64,000 nucleotides of DNA from Histomonas meleagridis 2922-C6/04-290x (lineage: Eukaryota; Protista; Parabasalia). Both the position numbers and the translations under genes were made by a program. The DNA is taken from positions 992,001-1,056,000 of the forward strand of contig JAANOX010000153.1 in NCBI GenBank assembly GCA_020184695.1, given 5' to 3'. How positions within the stretch are numbered: the first letter of the stretch is position 1; each line of letters starts with the position of its first letter. A model generated the notes under the pieces. The model was not told the DNA's origin. It saw only the letters and a list, made by a program, of their open reading frames with translations, and did no database searches. Below, piece after piece: positions 55,464-64,000 of this stretch.

Positions 55464-57407
55464 TTAATCGACTTCTTCAACGCGTGGTCCTGATGAGTGT
55501 CCACTGTTTGCTGATGGTCCACTTCCTCCTTGCATGTTCGCGCCTGGCATTCCGCCTTGTGCGCCGCCTGCTGCATGTTGATAAGCTGATTGCATAATTG
55601 GCATAAGTTTGCCTTCGAGTTCCTTCTGCTTCGCTTCGATTGTCGCAACGTCTGCGTCTTGGTTAGACTCGATCCATGCGAGCGTGTCATTGATTTCCTT
55701 GTTGACTGTGTCCTTATCTGATTGTGACAATGCGTTAGCGAACTGTTCTTGATTTAATGAGTTGCGTACGCCGAAGCAGTATCCTTCGAGTGCGTTCTTA
55801 GCTTCGACTTTCTGACGCACTTCTTCATCTTGTGCCTTGTACTTCTCTGCGTCTGCAACCATTTTGTCGATATCTGCTTGTGAAAGACGTCCTTTCTCAT
55901 TCTTAATAGTGATCTTCTTCACGTTGCCTGTCGACTTATCTTGTGCCGAAACGTTCATAATACCATCGGCGTTAACATCGAATGTAACTTCAATCTGTGG
56001 TACGCCGCGTGGTGCTGGCGGAATGCCTGTTAAATCAAATGTGCCAAGTAAGTTGTTGTCGCATGTTCGAGAACGTTCTCCTTCATAAACTTTGATTGTA
56101 ACTGCGGGCTGGTTATCTGAGAATGTCGTGAAGACATTTGACTTCTTCGCTGGAATTGTCGTGTTACGTGGAATGAGCACTGTCATCATTCCGCCAGCTG
56201 TTTCGATACCTAATGAAAGTGGTGCAACATCTAATAATAAAATATCTTTCACTGTATCTGATGTATCGCCTTTGATAATTGCTGCTTGGACTGCTGCCCC
56301 ATATGCAACTGCTTCATCCGGATCAACACCACGGCATGGCTGCTTGCCATTGAAGAAGTCTTGTAACAATTGTTGGACACGTGGAATACGTGATGAACCT
56401 CCAACTAAAACTATATCGGTGACGTCTGACTTCGACATGTTCGCATCCCTTAATACTTGTGCAACTGGTGTCATCGTCGATCTGAATAACTCATCATTTA
56501 AGTTCTCGAACATTGCACGTGAAATGTTATCCATAAAGTCGTGGCCTTCATATAATGAATCACAAACAATTGATGCGGATGTGGCTGTGGATAATGTTCG
56601 CTTAGCTCGTTCGCATGCTGTTCGTAATGTACGTAATGCACGTGGCGATTGCCTTAAATCACATTTGAACTTCTTCTGGAATCGATCTGCAAAGTAATTA
56701 ACCATACGATTATCAAAGTCTTCGCCGCCAAGATGTGTATCGCCTGCTGTGGCACGAACTTCGAACATGCCGCCATCGATATCAAGTAATGAAACATCAA
56801 ATGTACCGCCGCCAAGATCAAATATTAAAACATGACGCTCTCTATCGGATTTTTCATTAAGACCAAACGCAATTGCGGCGGCTGTTGGCTCATTAATAAT
56901 ACGTAATACATTTAATCCTGCAATGACACCGGCATCTTTTGTGGCTTGACGTTGGCCATCATTGAAATATGCTGGAACTGTAATAACTGCATCTTTGACT
57001 TTGTCTGTAAGTTGACTTTCTGCAATTTCTTTCATTTTACCCAAAACCATAGCTGAAATTTCTTCAGGATAAAATTGTTTCGTTTCGCCTTTCCATTGAA
57101 CTTGAATTCTTGGACGATCTGCTTCACCACGAACAACTTTAAATGGCCAATGTTGCATATCTTTTTGAACAACTGGATCACTAAATTTACGTCCTATCAT
57201 ACGCTTGGCATCAAATACTGTGTTTGTTGGATTCATAGCTGCTTGGTTCTTTGCGGCATCACCAACAAGTCTTTCATCTTCTGTAAATGCAACATAAGAT
57301 GGTGTTGTACGATTACCCATATCATTTGCTATAATATCAACACGATTGTGTCTAAAAACACCAACGCAACTGTATGTTGTACCTAGATCAATACCTATAG
57401 CTGACAT
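55464..57407 (-). CDS. HSP70: Cytosolic HSP70
   Basis: [37 protein letters not shown]-terminal EEVD; initiator TCATTTT upstream. Confidence 0.97.
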   Translation of the reverse strand: MSAIGIDLGTTYSCVGVFRHNRVDIIANDMGNRTTPSYVAFTEDERLVGDAAKNQAAMNPTNTVFDAKRMIGRKFSDPVVQKDMQHWPFKVVRGEADRPRIQVQWKGETKQFYPEEISAMVLGKMKEIAESQLTDKVKDAVITVPAYFNDGQRQATKDAGVIAGLNVLRIINEPTAAAIAFGLNEKSDRERHVLIFDLGGGTFDVSLLDIDGGMFEVRATAGDTHLGGEDFDNRMVNYFADRFQKKFKCDLRQSPRALRTLRTACERAKRTLSTATSASIVCDSLYEGHDFMDNISRAMFENLNDELFRSTMTPVAQVLRDANMSKSDVTDIVLVGGSSRIPRVQQLLQDFFNGKQPCRGVDPDEAVAYGAAVQAAIIKGDTSDTVKDILLLDVAPLSLGIETAGGMMTVLIPRNTTIPAKKSNVFTTFSDNQPAVTIKVYEGERSRTCDNNLLGTFDLTGIPPAPRGVPQIEVTFDVNADGIMNVSAQDKSTGNVKKITIKNEKGRLSQADIDKMVADAEKYKAQDEEVRQKVEAKNALEGYCFGVRNSLNQEQFANALSQSDKDTVNKEINDTLAWIESNQDADVATIEAKQKELEGKLMPIMQSAYQHAAGGAQGGMPGANMQGGSGPSANSGHSSGPRVEEVD

Positions 57408-58126
57408 AATAAAAAAATGATCTTATGAAGGCATTTTTTGGTTGAGCATTTAATGATTCAATTTAAGTATTCGACCATTTAATGTATTCAAAAAATTAGA
57501 AGAACGTTTAATAAAAAGGTCAAATGAAATCCTTTAAACACAGATTTACTCTAAATAGAAAAGATAATAAAATTAACCAATATGATTACCAAGCATAACG
57601 AAAAAACTCAATACTTTCAAATCAATTATTTATTTAATATAAAGAAATAAAATAATAATCAAATTTTTTTGCAAAAATAGAAATACATTCGATAAAGTAT
57701 GATCCAAATTCTGATTATTTTTAGATCGGAGATTTTTTAAAAATAAAATTTTATTGAGCCAACAGGTTCTATAAAAAATTTATGGCTTGAATTAAAATAA
57801 CAATCGCACACGTTTGATTAAAATAGCATCACCAAAAAGTATATATATGCCATAAGCAATTTTTGATTTTTTTTTTATAATAAACCAATAAATTACAATT
57901 CGTTTAATAATCAAACTCTAATTGCGTTCGAAAGTATCACTGAACTTGAAACAATTTCAATCCATAAAAATGTTAAATAAATTTCACTTCAAATCTTGAT
58001 TCTTAATTTTAATTTATATCACAAAAACTATTTAAATAACAAAATCATTTTTAAATTTTAACTCCGTATAAGTTTTTTATTAAAATCCATCCAATGTCAT
58101 TTGTTTTTGCTATCAGTTATTTTGTT

Positions 58127-60031
58127 TCATATCCATTGATCTTTTTCATTATTAACAAATTCTTTAATTGTTGGATCAATTTGATTCGTTTCTGTTTTAT
58201 CGAATTCTTCTGATTCTGTTTCTTTCATTGAATGTTTAACTGTTTTATGATGGAACAAAAAGATAATAATTCCAACGATTAAAAATATTATAAAAACGGC
58301 CAAGCAAATAATTGAAACAAGTGTTGTCTTAGAAATACTTTCTGGATCAGCTTCAGTTTGTGCTTGGGTATAAAATACAAAATTTGAGTAATAACTGAAA
58401 TAAGTCGAAAATTGATTAAATACAAATATATAACTTATGAAGTTTGTCGGAATATAGTAAGTGTTTGAAGAGAAATACGAAATAACAAATGTATTAGTGA
58501 ATGAGATATATAAAATACTCAACGATTGAGAAATTGATATTGCGAAAATTAATGAGAACGAATGTGTTGAAGCCATTAGTGGATTTATATAAACAAATGG
58601 ATTTGATTGTGAAAATGTATTACTTTGAGAATATGTATTACTTTGAGAGAATGTATTACTTTGAGAGAATGTATTACTTTGAGAGAATGTATTACTTTGA
58701 GAAAATGTATTACTTTGAGAATATGTATTACTTTGAGAGAATGTATTACTTTGAGAAAATGTATTACTTTGAGAATATGTATATGTTGGTAGAATACATT
58801 CGCTAGCTATTGTTTTTTCGATTTGAAGTTCACCAAATGATTCATTTACATATGATGATGTAGTAAGAACTATTCCTGTTAAAATGTTTTGAAATGCATT
58901 TGTTCCAAAAAATTTTGGTTCAATATCTCCAAAATAACATATACACTTAAGTTGTCCACAATCCTGAAATGCACAATCACCGATTAATTCAACATTTCCT
59001 TCAATGTAAATTGTACTTAAATTTATGCATTTTGCAAATGAATAACTTCCAATAGTTGTGACTGTTTTTGGAATAATAATATGTGTTAAATATATGCAAT
59101 TATAAAATGTATTATTATTAATTTGTGGAATATTTCCATGTATTTCAACTATTTCTAAACGATTACAATTTTGAAATGCACCTCTTCCAAGTGATGTAAC
59201 TGAATTTGGAATTTTGAAGTTTTTTAAAAATGAATTTTGTTCAAATGCTTCATCACCAATATGTTTTAATTTATTTCCAAATGTAACTGCTTCCAAAAGA
59301 TAACAAAATCGAATTGCACGATATCCAATTTCTTCAAGATTTTCTCCAAGATTTATAGTTATTAAGCTTGAACAATCTTGAAATGAATATTCACCAACTG
59401 ATACAATTGTGTTTGGAAGTACAATAGAATGCATTTTAATACATCTAAAAAATGTACTATCTCCAATTTTTGATATGTTTCCATATATTTCAACTATTTC
59501 TAAGCCTTCACAATATTGAAATACATGATCACCAAATGATGTTACTAAATTTGGAATTTTGATTTTTATTAAATTTTGACAGAAACAAAATGTATAACTT
59601 CCAAGTGATGTAAGTGTGTTTGGGAGGACTGTCAATTTCATTTTTTGGCAATTAAAAAATGTATAATTTCCGATTTGATATATTATTCCATAAATTTCAA
59701 CTGTTTCTATATTAATACATTGGTAAAAAGCATAACTTCCAAGTGTTTTAACTGAATTTGGAATTGTAATTTTTTTTAACTTTGTGCACAGATAAAATGC
59801 ATCAATCCCAACATAATAAACTGTATTACTTATTTGAATTGTATTAAGTTCCCAATAATAGAATGCTTTGTCTGGTATTATTTCAAATCCATTTGAAATA
59901 ATAACATTTTCTGCCTTTGTACTATAACTTTGTAAATCTTCAAGAATTTGGTCGCCTAGTTCTATCGTAAGTGTTTTTGTAGATTCATTCCATGTTTCTG
60001 CAAATGTATGTATAAAGAATATCGAAATCAT
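58127..60031 (-). CDS. BspA-like (TpLRR) surface protein with S/T-rich stalk and TM helix; likely start 60031, frame open to 60607
   Basis: About 15 LRR units of the IPNSVKTLGSYAFYQC type; signal-like MISIFFIHTFA; TM LVSIICLAVFIIFLIVGIIIFLF. Confidence 0.88.
   Translation of the reverse strand: MISIFFIHTFAETWNESTKTLTIELGDQILEDLQSYSTKAENVIISNGFEIIPDKAFYYWELNTIQISNTVYYVGIDAFYLCTKLKKITIPNSVKTLGSYAFYQCINIETVEIYGIIYQIGNYTFFNCQKMKLTVLPNTLTSLGSYTFCFCQNLIKIKIPNLVTSFGDHVFQYCEGLEIVEIYGNISKIGDSTFFRCIKMHSIVLPNTIVSVGEYSFQDCSSLITINLGENLEEIGYRAIRFCYLLEAVTFGNKLKHIGDEAFEQNSFLKNFKIPNSVTSLGRGAFQNCNRLEIVEIHGNIPQINNNTFYNCIYLTHIIIPKTVTTIGSYSFAKCINLSTIYIEGNVELIGDCAFQDCGQLKCICYFGDIEPKFFGTNAFQNILTGIVLTTSSYVNESFGELQIEKTIASECILPTYTYSQSNTFSQSNTFSQSNTYSQSNTFSQSNTFSQSNTFSQSNTFSQSNTYSQSNTFSQSNPFVYINPLMASTHSFSLIFAISISQSLSILYISFTNTFVISYFSSNTYYIPTNFISYIFVFNQFSTYFSYYSNFVFYTQAQTEADPESISKTTLVSIICLAVFIIFLIVGIIIFLFHHKTVKHSMKETESEEFDKTETNQIDPTIKEFVNNEKDQWI
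58608..58790 (-). repeat. 18-bp coding repeat, SQSN(T/P)(F/Y) x10
   Basis: Plus-strand unit gagaatgtattactttga. Confidence 0.9.
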
Positions 60032-61165
60032 GAAGGGAAACAAATATTTAGTTATATTTATTTTAATTTTATTGTCTTTATTATTATTAGTCAAAAAAAT
60101 TATTAAAAAAATGAAAAGGCGAATACTTATATCTATAAAAATCATTTTATGTATATAAATGAAATTTATTATATCGTTTACAACACTTTGCTTGAATACC
60201 TTTATTAAATCATGCTTAAAAAGTTTTGTTGTTTGTAAAATTTTAACTTTAAAATAACCTAATGATATTATGTTATCCATATTTATGGTTATATCATGGA
60301 ATAAACTTGTTTGAAAAGAATAATTGAGCAAAATTTGTTTAATCATATTAGCATCAATAGACTGTAAAAGCTTACTTAAGGTGTTGATTTTTTCATGTTT
60401 TTTCATTGAATTAATCAAAAAGGTTAAAATTTGATTTGATTTTTTGTTTTCACTACCTAAAAATAATGCACCTGAGACACCAATAATTTCATTAATTATG
60501 AATAGAAGAGTTAAATGTGTTGAGCCAATGAAAAACATGTAGAAAGCGAATTTTTTCTTGGGTATAATTTGTTGCCATATATTGAATGGATTAATCCAAC
60601 CCCACATGTGGGGTTAATTTTTTTGAATGGGGGTTCAGAACGATAATGTTTCTCAATTTTTTGAATAATCAAAATTTTTTGAGAGCTAACCAGGAAATAT
60701 TGAGTGGTTTACAAATATATGAGAAAAGGTGTTGGTTATTTTTGTGGATCGAAACAAGATGTGTGCTTCAATACTGATTTGTTTTTTATATATACTTTGA
60801 TGCTGAACCTCACTAACTCTTATTTTTCTCTGTTATGTACTAAGATTACTATTTGTTTTAATTACATTCTTAATATTGTGTTAATTATTGATTTGAATTT
60901 TCATGATGATTAATGAAATCAAAAGAATAAATCAATATAAAAATTAAAATTTGAATAAAAAAAATTTTGGAAATATTGGACATTTTTTAATTACAAGAAA
61001 TTTTTATTTAAACCTAATAACAACTATTTCTTTAGTTTTAAAATCGTAAAGACACTGCGTTTATTGCCCCTAACCATAAGCGAATGGAAAAAGAAAGGTG
61101 CCCTGAGTGAACTCACCAATAAAAATGTCAGCATATTTTCTCACAAAAAAACAAATGACATATAC

Positions 61166-62287
61166 ATGAAGGCCGAGATTAAAGATCCACTTTATATCAA
61201 GTGTCTTCAAAAAATCATTGTATCCCTTCGCAAAATCGGCGACGACCTAATACTAAATGCAACACCAGATTTTTTGTCAATTAGAAATATCAACTCAACT
61301 CGTTCCGCTTTACCCGAAATCACGTTTAAGAGCGAGTTTTTTTCAGAGTATTCATATAGCTCAACACAAGATTCAATATGTTATCAAGTTTTAATAAATG
61401 GACCAATAACTGCATTTAAAAATGCAAACTCGGCAACTTCTCTTTCATTAATTATAGACACAGATTCATCCAAATTCCGTATGGGACTAAGTGACAAATA
61501 TGGAATAGTTCATGAGTGGGAATTCTTCTTAAGTGACACTCAATTATTGTCAGCTGTTTATGATATAAATGAAACAAGCGTAATTATAAATTGTAGAAAC
61601 GATGTTTTCAAAGGTATTTCGGATGCTTTTCGTAGTCGCCAAAATATCTTTTTTCAGGTTCAACGAATGCCAAATTTGTGCCTTGTTTTTAAGTCTTATG
61701 TTGATACAGATTCAATTCTTTCGTCAAAAATGACAATAACAACAAGTGAAAAATGCGAAATCCAATTTCTTGATGAGGGAGAAGATAATTTCCAAATTTC
61801 TTTTTCGTTGCCTGATTTTCTTATCGGATTAAAAATCGCAAATATCCTTTCACAGAAGCTTAGTATATCGATGATAGAGCCTGGCTTTCCAATAATTTTG
61901 AAAGCCGAAATGTCAAATCTTGCCATGTTTGAAATGCCTCTTGCGACAGCTACAAACGATGCTACAAAGGAAGTTGCAACAGAACAAGAAGTACAACAAG
62001 AAACTCCAAACCAAAATCAATCCGCAGAATCTTTGAATGAGACAAAATTTTCGCAAGTTTCACCTTGGCCAGTCATCCACGAGAACAGCAATGAATACAG
62101 TCAACCAAAAAGGCTTTCACAGTTGGAGAATCTAACACAAAGATTTCAAACTACTGATCCTGGTTATTCACAAGATTCTTTCGAGGATTCATCCCAATTC
62201 CCATTCAGAAGAAGACGTGTAACTGGACAATATGCAGGAGCTTCGCAGCCACAGTCAGATACATCTGATTCAGACTTTTCGGATTGA
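61166..62287 (+). CDS. RAD9: Checkpoint clamp subunit RAD9
   Basis: First ATG at 61166; CLQKIIVSLRKIGDDLIL...INSTRSAL...F...FFSEY PCNA-like fold with S/Q-rich tail. Confidence 0.72.
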   Translation: MKAEIKDPLYIKCLQKIIVSLRKIGDDLILNATPDFLSIRNINSTRSALPEITFKSEFFSEYSYSSTQDSICYQVLINGPITAFKNANSATSLSLIIDTDSSKFRMGLSDKYGIVHEWEFFLSDTQLLSAVYDINETSVIINCRNDVFKGISDAFRSRQNIFFQVQRMPNLCLVFKSYVDTDSILSSKMTITTSEKCEIQFLDEGEDNFQISFSLPDFLIGLKIANILSQKLSISMIEPGFPIILKAEMSNLAMFEMPLATATNDATKEVATEQEVQQETPNQNQSAESLNETKFSQVSPWPVIHENSNEYSQPKRLSQLENLTQRFQTTDPGYSQDSFEDSSQFPFRRRRVTGQYAGASQPQSDTSDSDFSD

Positions 62288-62775
62288 AATTAATTTCAAC
62301 ATCAAAAATGATGCGGGGAACGTTAATTTTACTGCATTTTTTTAATATGTTTATAATGGCTTCTAAATATAAATATAACCATATTATGTGTATGGTGTTA
62401 ATAAAGATAAAATTGTTTATGCTATAATCTTTGATTTTATGAAAAAAGTTTGTAAAACAAAACTTTAGAAGAAATATTTATATAATAAATGAATTATATG
62501 ATGTATGTGCTCAATTATATGAAGAAAAAATGTTCAAACAATTGGAGAATGTGCATTTATGGTATGTACCTTTTTATATAACACCTAAATTTATACTCTC
62601 TGGGTTTAAGAACGAAACATTTATGGATATAGATTTATAATATGTATTTTCATTTTTCATCTAAGGTAATGATATCTCAAATATTTCATATTTCAAGGAC
62701 TGAACAAAAGTAATTCAGAATTGAAAAAAGTTAATAATAAAGGATTTTAGAATATTTTTATTGATAAACACGCTT

Positions 62776-63435
62776 TCAAACATTAATTTTATCATATTTT
62801 GATGTGATTTTTGGTGTAGCTTTTACATCAGGTTCATCTGCAAGCTTAGATTTGCTTAGAATAATTATTCCATCCAAAACGCTAACGATTCCTGATAGGA
62901 ACCATGCTATAACAAGATATGAGATTATTTTGCTAATAATAATTTGATTATCCATTCGTGAAAAAAATAGATATACAAATGAAATTAAAAATGGTGAAAG
63001 CATCCCTGTAAATACGTAGAGCATTCGTTCCCTTTCTTTACTTATTTTTGCTGATTCAAGTACATCTTTGAATGCAATTTGTGTAACTATTGGCCAAAGA
63101 AAAGTTAGGGGTAAAAAGCTTGCTGCTGTTATAAACAAATCAATGACAAAGAGATCAACGAAATTTTCATTTTTGAAATGTGAAAATCTAATTATGATTT
63201 CCTCAACTCCACCAATTACGTCAAAAACTGCAGTAAAAGCAAGAAGCAATGAAAGGGTTTTGTTATCTTTCTTGATTATTGAAGCAAGAATAAAGAAAAA
63301 CCCAATGATAAAGAAAATAATTGAAAATGAAAATGGAATTTCTTTGTTGTCGCCAAACGAAAACACTAAAATCAACCCAGAAACCAATGATGAAGCAAAT
63401 CCAAGAAAAAACAATGGCAAAATTGTTAAAAGCAT
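62776..63435 (-). CDS. Hypothetical multi-pass membrane protein
   Basis: About six hydrophobic segments in 219 aa. Confidence 0.6.
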   Translation of the reverse strand: MLLTILPLFFLGFASSLVSGLILVFSFGDNKEIPFSFSIIFFIIGFFFILASIIKKDNKTLSLLLAFTAVFDVIGGVEEIIIRFSHFKNENFVDLFVIDLFITAASFLPLTFLWPIVTQIAFKDVLESAKISKERERMLYVFTGMLSPFLISFVYLFFSRMDNQIIISKIISYLVIAWFLSGIVSVLDGIIILSKSKLADEPDVKATPKITSKYDKINV

Positions 63436-63562
63436 CTTTTGTGATGAAGTGATTTTTAACGTTTCCCATTCAATAAATTTGAATTGATTTTACGGTTGTT
63501 AGATAATTTTTGTTGCAGCTGAAAGCACCAATTGTTTCGACAATATAATATTACTAAATTTT

Positions 63563-63741
63563 ATTTGCACTCATGGCGATTCGCTATGAATAAGTGTAGT
63601 ATCTGTTCTGAATCGCTTGACAGCGGTTCGCTCGGTACGTGCCGGGCGCCCTGTTCAAACGAATTTATTATTTCATCATTCAAGCACCGCTTGATGATGG
63701 TTGTTACCCTCCTTCTTGCACACCCAAGGAGTGGTGACGCA
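63563..63741 (+). ncRNA. U2: U2 spliceosomal snRNA
   Basis: Invariant AAGTGTAGTATCTGTTCT (GTAGTA at 63596-63601); stem I tcatggcg/cgctatga; stem IIa gaatcgc/gcggttc; stem III catcattcaagc/gcttgatgatg; stem IV gttaccctcctt/aaggagtggtgac with TTGCAC loop. Confidence 0.88.
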
Positions 63742-64000
63742 TTTTGATTATATTACTGTTATGCATTTGTGTTTTGTTGCTTCCTAAGAAATAATAAATA
63801 AGCAACTTTTTCGGCTTTAATGGAAATTGTCAATGTACATAAATTTGTTTATTGTTTTTCCTTTTTTTAAGTTTTATGTTTGAAAGCATTTGCTTTAAAA
63901 CCAATATGCGGAAATGATAAGAAAGAAATTATTTTTGAAATTGAAGATTTAATTTATGAGCTGGCATATCTACTGACCATAATGAAGATATAAGGAGAAT

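Noticed and set aside
58501-58806. Plus-strand ORF with MYYFER repeats
   Set aside because: Antisense reading of the SQSNTF stalk repeat.
11819-62287. Replication/checkpoint gene cluster (MCM7, CDC7, RAD9)
   Set aside because: The genes are 16-30 kb apart among unrelated genes, as expected by chance in a gene-dense genome.

Overview
AT-rich, gene-dense eukaryotic DNA, most consistent with a parabasalid (Trichomonas/Tritrichomonas-like). This is inferred from TCA(T/C)T initiator motifs just upstream of ATGs, an M3/M5-like promoter, BspA-like LRR and DUF3447-ankyrin families, and bacterial-type enzymes. Housekeeping genes include CK2-beta, SmF, RPL38, cofilin, MCM7, a cullin, HSP90, CDC7, ESF1, HSP70 and RAD9; a U2 snRNA gene absent from the ORF track lies at ~63.56-63.74 kb. 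The main unexplained feature is two DUF3447-ankyrin loci (16.4-20.7 kb and 39.1-41.1 kb, minus strand). In each, the ORF stops after the first clear ankyrin repeat and continues as a ~170-bp-period array of 90-nt ankyrin modules. The modules are separated by a conserved AT-rich spacer that is exactly 80 nt in 20 of 23 cases by hand count. The spacer shifts the frame and has no consistent GT..AG ends or ACTAAC branch point, yet the modules stay open and vary mainly at ankyrin binding-surface residues. This suggests non-canonical splicing, recoding or cassette assembly; that is inference and needs RNA or proteomic data. Also present: a 38-bp minisatellite fused to an HSP70 relic, a second internally deleted HSP70 relic, frameshifted HSP90 and GH13 genes, a probable pseudo-ProRS, a FAM21-like protein and a candidate structured ncRNA. 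All positions and counts were read by eye.
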